Positions 48,288 to 50,883 of a DNA stretch of 50,883 nucleotides are shown here, piece by piece. The notes under the pieces were generated by a model. It saw nothing but the letters and a program-made list of their open reading frames with translations, was not told the origin of the DNA and did not search any database. Position 1 is the first letter of the stretch. Each line of letters opens with the position of its first letter. The position numbers were made by a program, and so were the translations under genes. The stretch is from Balamuthia mandrillaris (Eukaryota): positions 124,001-174,883 of the forward strand of contig JAVKOQ020000100.1 of NCBI GenBank assembly GCA_031835245.2. Reading direction: 5' to 3'.

Positions 48288-48730
48288 TAAAAACAGGGTT
48301 TTTTTTTATTACATAAAACACGGGCGCAAATTCGAACAATGTCCTCCCTTGCTCTTTTCTATGCTCTCACAGCTTCTTCCCTCTCCCTCCCTGTCCTCTT
48401 CTACCCTCTCTGGCCCTGCCGGCTTCTTCCTACCCTCCCTCCTCGCGTTTCTCCCCTCCTCCTGCTCTCCCCTTCCCAGGAGAAAGGCGAGGAGGGAGGG
48501 TGGAAGAACGGAGGGAGCGGCCCCATTGACGTCAGCATTCGGGGGCCCCCCCCCAGGCAAATTTAGTGTATATCACCTATGAGGTTGGACAACCTAGCCC
48601 AAAAGGCTAATAGCCGTTAATTAAATAAAAAAGAAAGAAAGAAAGCAAGCAAGCACGGAAGCAAAGGCTGCAGCCAACCTTGCTCAGTTGTTGCTACAGT
48701 TGTCGCCTGACTGCCACCTTTGGAACGCGG

Positions 48731-50816
48731 ATGGAACCCACTTGCGAGGAAATGCAGAGCGAAGAGCTAGAAGCTCTCGCTGCCATATTAGGGGTCACCA
48801 CTATTTTTTGTCGCTTTTTTTGTTTTGGCTCTTCTGCAACACTGCTAACTTTTTTCTGCGTCGCGCCTTCACTTTATAGGACGACTTTGTGCTTCTTCCT
48901 GGCACATGGAAGAACCAACCCGCGCAATTCCAAATGAAAGTGCTTCCACCAACGGGACAAGTAGAAGAGACATACGCCAGCGTCTACATTATCATGCGGT
49001 TCTCTGCTCCTCTGCTCCTCTGCTCTCTCCTCTCTCCTCTCTCCCTTGGTTGTTCAGTCCGGTGCTTACCAGAGAGGGGGATGGCAACAGGTACACAAAG
49101 AATTATCCAAAGACGGCGCCGGTTGTTGAAGTGCAGAAGAAAGCAGGCCTTTCAGCAGAAGAGTTGAAATCTCTTGAGAAATTGTTGCAGACCAAGGCGA
49201 GAGAGCTCGTTGGAGAGGTTATGGCGTGGGAGTTGATCGACACGGCAAAGGAGTACCTAGCAAAGCACAACAACAAGCCACCTGTATCATTCTACGAGGA
49301 GATGGTCATGAACAGACAGAAGGGACAGCAAGAGTCTTGGCAACAGTCCAAAGAAGATAACCAGTCGCTAGCACCAGAGGCAACCAGAAGGAAGGAGTTG
49401 ATGACGAGCAATGCGGCTGGCAGAAGTGAAGCTCACCATGCCGACGACCTATTCGGCAACAAGCAGAGAGTATCCCCACGCGGCAGCAGCACAGAGGATT
49501 GGTTGATGCCTTTTTGGGATGACCCCATCACAGCTGACCCCTATCTTTCTGACTTTTACGGTGACGGTGCCGACACTTCGGCCTCTAACGACGTTAGAGG
49601 AGACGAAGGCGAAGGATTGGACAAGGGAGAGGAACATGGGGCCAAGAGACGTCTTTCTAAGAACAAAACAATGGATGCACACCCCTCTCATTATCCTTTT
49701 CACAACAACCTTCTTCAAGGGAAGGGTCGTGGCGTGGATGCGCACAACTTGGCGGGATGGTTGCAGCAACCAGCTATCCAGTGGAAGCGGAGGAATACCC
49801 TTGGCAAAGGCACTTTTGGAGAGGTCATTCTTGGTATGAATTTGACAACCCATAAGCTCATGGCTGTAAAAGAAATTGACTTTGGTGGCGTCGCCAACCC
49901 TTCTCAAACGGTTGGTACTCATTGATCAGCCTATTCTTTCTCTCCTCTCACATCTTACGCTTTTAGATGGAGTTTGTGGAACAGGAGATCGATTCTTTAC
50001 GAGACTTGCATCACCAGCACATTGTCAGCTACTTGGGAACTGAGCGAGAGGGCAACACTCTCCGTATATTTTTGGAGTGCGTCTTTGAACTTCTTAACGT
50101 ATTGTCACCAGAATTACTAATCCCCGCTTTATCATTTTTTGAAATATTATTTGTACTTGCCTTTTCTTTTGGTCCTTCTTCTGTTCTTTAGATTTGTGGC
50201 AGGGGCCTCAACCATAGATGCCTTATTACGTGAAAACGGAGGCTTTGAGGAAACGATGTTGCGCAAGTACACACGGCAGATTCTTGAAGGGCTCAAGTAT
50301 CTGCACGACCGGGCTATAGTGCATGGCGACATCAAATGTCCCAACATGTTGTTGGATCACAAAGGCAACATCAAGCTCTCTGACTACGGCTGTTCCAATC
50401 AAAAGATCAAGAGTAGATTTCCATCTCTCCCTCCCTCCCTCTCCCCTTCTCTCCCTGTCTTTCTATCCATTCGTTCTGTTCAATGCCAACAAATCCTCTC
50501 CCCACAACAAAAAAACAAACAAACAAAAACAAAAACATCCGACCAGGTTTGCTATCTGGAAAAGGACAAACTAAGGATCATCCTTCCGATCTTATGAGTG
50601 GCAAGTATGTGAACCGGTGACAAAAGTTGTTCACATTTTTAAAACGTTAACTAATGACATTTTATAAAACACCAAAGGCAAGAAGATATTTATGACCTTG
50701 GTTTAGCGGTTTTGCAGATGGTGGATGGCGTTTCTCGGAATCGCGATAAACCTCCTGTTCTTCCTTCAACTCTTCCTACTCATGCTAAGGATTTCTTGGT
50801 ATCTTGTTTCAAAAAG
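48731..50816 (+). CDS. GCN2: GCN2-like eIF2-alpha kinase, 5' part (RWD domain and first kinase-like domain); continues beyond the window
   Basis: EMQSEELEALAAILGDDF..YTKNYPKTAP..GEVMAWELI..EYL..SFYEEM (GCN2-type RWD). Followed by a kinase fold: GKGTFG, MAVK, EQEI, HGDIKCPN, SDYG. Confidence 0.72.
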
Positions 50817-50883
50817 TAAGGCGCTATCATATTTCACGTTACTAGTATTCCTCTCGTTCCTTCTAATTTTTGTTTTCTCTTTT

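Overview
Eukaryotic, intron-containing, gene-dense genomic DNA. It is inferred to be from an amoebozoan because it carries a CudA-family transcription factor, short GT-AG introns and one U12-type intron. The left arm (1-13.2 kb) holds housekeeping genes: sterol C5-desaturase, a PTS2-bearing thiolase, RPS16, a GRAM-domain SNAP-25-like Qbc-SNARE, XRCC2, a PTS1 uricase and an organellar TypA/BipA. The standout is an intronless 9.25-kb bacterial-type NRPS-PKS hybrid (13403-22651) with the order A-T-C-C*-A-T-KS. It has no AT, ACP or TE and ends in a ketosynthase whose first catalytic His is replaced by Asn. A ~17-kb CpG-depleted nested transposon island follows. It contains five copies of one APE-RT non-LTR retrotransposon with a (TAC)n tail, TA-initiated TSDs and a 7-nt 5' UTR, inserted into relics of a piggyBac transposase and a Ty3/gypsy pol, with heavy C-to-T/G-to-A decay. 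The right arm (39.8-50.9 kb) encodes CDC73, the CudA-like factor, a BC-box LRR protein and the 5' part of a GCN2-like kinase. All calls come from reading motifs by eye; no searches were run.
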